Below are positions 61,483-64,000 of a stretch of 64,000 nt of DNA, piece after piece; position 1 is the stretch's first letter; each line of letters starts with the position of its first letter. The position numbers and the translations under genes are program-made. Source of the stretch: an uncultured Mycoplasma sp. (GTDB lineage: Bacteria > Bacillota_I > Bacilli_A > RF39 > UBA660); contig CAYXZZ010000001.1 in the NCBI GenBank assembly GCA_964470055.1, positions 6,291-70,290 on the forward strand, in the 5' to 3' direction. A model generated the notes under the pieces. The model was given only the letters and a program-made list of their open reading frames with translations, made no database searches and was not told the origin of the DNA.

Positions 61483-63753
61483 ATGAAGTTTTTAAATAAA
61501 CCAGGAAAAGAATTAGTAAAGATTGGTACCCTAACAAATAAACAAGAACCAACAATTACAATCATTACGCCATTTTATAATGGTGGAGCAACACTAGAAG
61601 AAACCGCAAATACAATTTTAAGCCAAACATATCCATATTTCGAATGGATTATCATTGATGATGGTTCTAAATCAGAAAGCTGTTTGAAAAAATTAGATGA
61701 AGTAAGTAAATGGGATTCACGCATTAAAGTATTTCATAAAGAAAACGGAGGACCATCACAAGCCAGAGACTTTGGAATTAAAAAAGCATCTCCTTCTTCA
61801 AAATATATTTATTTTCTAGATTGTGATGACTTGATTGAAAACACTATGTTAGAAGAAATGTATTGGTCTTTAGAAACACATAAAGAGGCTAGTTGGGTAT
61901 ATGCAGCAATGATTAATTTTGGTGCCTATGAATACTATTGGGAACCATATTTTACTCTAGAAGAAGAATTAGTTTTAAATACCATGTGCATTAGTTCAAT
62001 GATCAAAAAAGAAGATTTACTAGAAGTAGGTTGTTTTGGTATTAAAGAAAAAGCAATGTATGAAGATTGGAACTTGTGGTTAAAACTTTTAGCCAAAGGT
62101 AAAGTTCCTATTAGATTAAATGCACCATTATTTTGGTATCGTACAAGTTTTTCAGGAGAACTATCTCGTGCTAAATCAAACCATAAAAAGGCTATGAAAC
62201 TAATTTCAAGTACGGCAAAAACAGTGAAAAATGAAGTTAATGTTATCCAATTTCCACGTATCAGTGCAAGTGGTCCAACAACTAATACAATCTCTAGCAT
62301 GACACTTCCTGAATATAAAAAAGAAAAACAAAATACCGTTCTTTTCTTAGTTGATAATATTAATCTAACAAAAAATTCTCTTACAACAATAGAAACTATC
62401 AAGCGTCTTAGCCAAGAAAATAATTGTATTTTAGTAATGACAGAACCATCAAAGAACAATCTAAGACAAGATATTAAAGATTATGTAAGTGAAATTCATG
62501 ATTTAAGTAATTTCCTAGATACTAAAGATTATCCATTATTTATTGATTATTTACTTACATCACGAAACATTGATAATATCATTATAAATAATGCATCATT
62601 TGCTTATGCGATGTTACCAAGTATTAAACAAAAATATCAATCAATTAAAGTAATCGAATTACTAGAGATATCTCCTACAGATATAAGAACAGAAAAACTA
62701 GTAAAATTAATTGATTTTTCTCTAACAACAAATAAAGATATAGCAAAAAACCTATCTATAGACTTAATTGAACCCACTAAAAGAAAACCAAAAGAAGTAA
62801 AAATAGATTCTTCTGAACTTAAAGAAAAATTTGGAGTTCCTAAAGATCGAATTATTGTTTCATACATTGATAATGTTATTTTTGAAAGACGTCCTCAACT
62901 ATTCCTAGACATAATTAAAGAACTACCAGAAGAATTATTTTTCATAATTAATGGTAACGGACGTATGGCTACAAATATCGAAAAACAAATAAAAAAGTCA
63001 CCTAATGTTATTTATATTCCAGAACAAGAACCATATGATACGATATATAAAATAAGTGATATTATTGTAAACTGTGCCTACAAAGAAGGTGTTTCTTCAA
63101 CAAATTACAAAGCCTTACTTAACGCAGTTCCAGTCGTTTCAACTACGGCTGATTATCAAGAAGAAATTGTTACTAACAAAACAGGATTACTAGTATCAGA
63201 AGATTCAAAGAGTGCTGAAGACTATGCCAAAGAAATAACTTCAATAATCGAAAAACTAAGTATTTATAAAAATAGCACTAAAGAAGAACTTACAGAATTA
63301 ACAAACAAATATGATTCCTTAGTAGAAAAACTAGAAGAATTATTTCAAGTGAGGAAAAACAAAAGTCTAGAGGACTCATATATGCTAGAAGTATATACGC
63401 AATATGAAGATAATTTAAAAGAAAGTTTTAAAAATACTTATTTAACTTATTATCGAGATAACCATCACTTAATTCCAAGAGAAACAATTACGCCAGGACC
63501 AATATCTAAGAAAAGAAGATTGAGATCTTTTGCTATTAAATACAACATGGAAAATGAAATGATTACTGTACTAACCTGGTTAAAACAAGTTATTGAAACA
63601 ATAAAAAACTTGTTAAACTTTATCAAAAATGGTTTAAAGTCAATTCTAATGATTATTCCATTAACTATAAATATCATTAAAATTATTCTAAAACTAATAC
63701 GCAAAGTCTTATCTATAATTAAGCAAAGTCTTCTAAGACTAATCCGAAAATAA
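61483..63753 (+). CDS. Bifunctional GT2 (N-terminal) / GT4-like (C-terminal) glycosyltransferase with a basic amphipathic C-terminal tail
   Basis: 'ITIITPFYNGG', 'IIIDDGS' and 'LDCDD' at the N-terminus. A GT4-like 'FFIINGNGRM...VPVVSTTADYQEEIV' follows. The last ~60 aa are a K/I/L-rich amphipathic helix. Confidence 0.6.
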   Translation: MKFLNKPGKELVKIGTLTNKQEPTITIITPFYNGGATLEETANTILSQTYPYFEWIIIDDGSKSESCLKKLDEVSKWDSRIKVFHKENGGPSQARDFGIKKASPSSKYIYFLDCDDLIENTMLEEMYWSLETHKEASWVYAAMINFGAYEYYWEPYFTLEEELVLNTMCISSMIKKEDLLEVGCFGIKEKAMYEDWNLWLKLLAKGKVPIRLNAPLFWYRTSFSGELSRAKSNHKKAMKLISSTAKTVKNEVNVIQFPRISASGPTTNTISSMTLPEYKKEKQNTVLFLVDNINLTKNSLTTIETIKRLSQENNCILVMTEPSKNNLRQDIKDYVSEIHDLSNFLDTKDYPLFIDYLLTSRNIDNIIINNASFAYAMLPSIKQKYQSIKVIELLEISPTDIRTEKLVKLIDFSLTTNKDIAKNLSIDLIEPTKRKPKEVKIDSSELKEKFGVPKDRIIVSYIDNVIFERRPQLFLDIIKELPEELFFIINGNGRMATNIEKQIKKSPNVIYIPEQEPYDTIYKISDIIVNCAYKEGVSSTNYKALLNAVPVVSTTADYQEEIVTNKTGLLVSEDSKSAEDYAKEITSIIEKLSIYKNSTKEELTELTNKYDSLVEKLEELFQVRKNKSLEDSYMLEVYTQYEDNLKESFKNTYLTYYRDNHHLIPRETITPGPISKKRRLRSFAIKYNMENEMITVLTWLKQVIETIKNLLNFIKNGLKSILMIIPLTINIIKIILKLIRKVLSIIKQSLLRLIRK

Positions 63754-63881
63754 AGCAATTACCCTTAATTGCTTTTCTTAGACTTTGACCACAAAATATT
63801 AAATATTGTAAAAAAGGGTCAAATTTATTATAATAAATATGTATATACTAATATACAGATAAATTGAAATGAGGTAGTATT

Positions 63882-64000
63882 GTGGAAAAAAATACAGCAA
63901 TTAAAGTTAGTCATGTATCAAAAGACTTTAAACTTTATTACGATAAAGCCAATACATTAAAAGAAAAACTATTATTTTTCTCTAAAAAAAATCGCGATAA
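63882..64000 (+). CDS. Start of a TagH/Wzt-like polysaccharide/teichoic-acid ABC exporter ATP-binding protein (partial, runs off the window)
   Basis: GTG start with a GAGGTAG SD. 'TAIKVSHVSKDFKLYYDKANTLKEKLL' is typical of Wzt/TagH N-termini. Only 39 codons are visible. Confidence 0.4.
   Translation, partial: MEKNTAIKVSHVSKDFKLYYDKANTLKEKLLFFSKKNRD

Overview
This is an AT-rich, low-GC Gram-positive (Firmicutes-like) chromosomal window using the standard genetic code (TGG Trp, normal-length housekeeping proteins). Nearly all genes are on the + strand. The housekeeping backbone is the 3' end of an iron-containing alcohol dehydrogenase gene, asnA, pcrA, ligA, gatCAB, two LtaS-type sulfatase-fold proteins, an LCP ligase, a YihY/BrkB membrane protein and a GGDEF sensor. 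Five accessory blocks stand out.

- **Effector-like cluster (6444-11143).** Four small ESAT-6/WXG100-like proteins sit with three larger proteins whose WXG-type N-termini are fused to cell-wall hydrolase domains (SleB-like and NlpC/P60-like). None has a Sec signal peptide, no immunity gene follows any of them, and no type VII secretion system (T7SS) core gene is in the window.
- **Integrated element (13091-23377).** A roughly 10.3-kb element carrying a tyrosine integrase sits inside an NMT1/SsuA-type ABC substrate-binding-protein gene, flanked by 13-bp imperfect direct repeats. Its cargo is a TasA/camelysin-like protein with a SipW-cognate signal peptide, an unusual polytopic-membrane::SipW-type signal peptidase fusion, a large acidic membrane protein, a large serine recombinase and a DUF2975-like/HTH pair.
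- **Asparagine-related regulation.** A T-box leader (possibly Asn-specific) precedes a non-synthetase hypothetical gene, and a leader peptide with five consecutive Asn codons lies upstream of asnA.
- **Adhesin pair.** A thioester-domain (TQXA) adhesin sits next to a dedicated sortase.
- **Glycopolymer locus (52673-64000).** A Gtr-like three-component module is followed by a Wzy-like::GT4 fusion, several GT2/GT4 genes and the start of a TagH/Wzt-like ABC ATPase.

No rRNA, tRNA or CRISPR arrays were seen.
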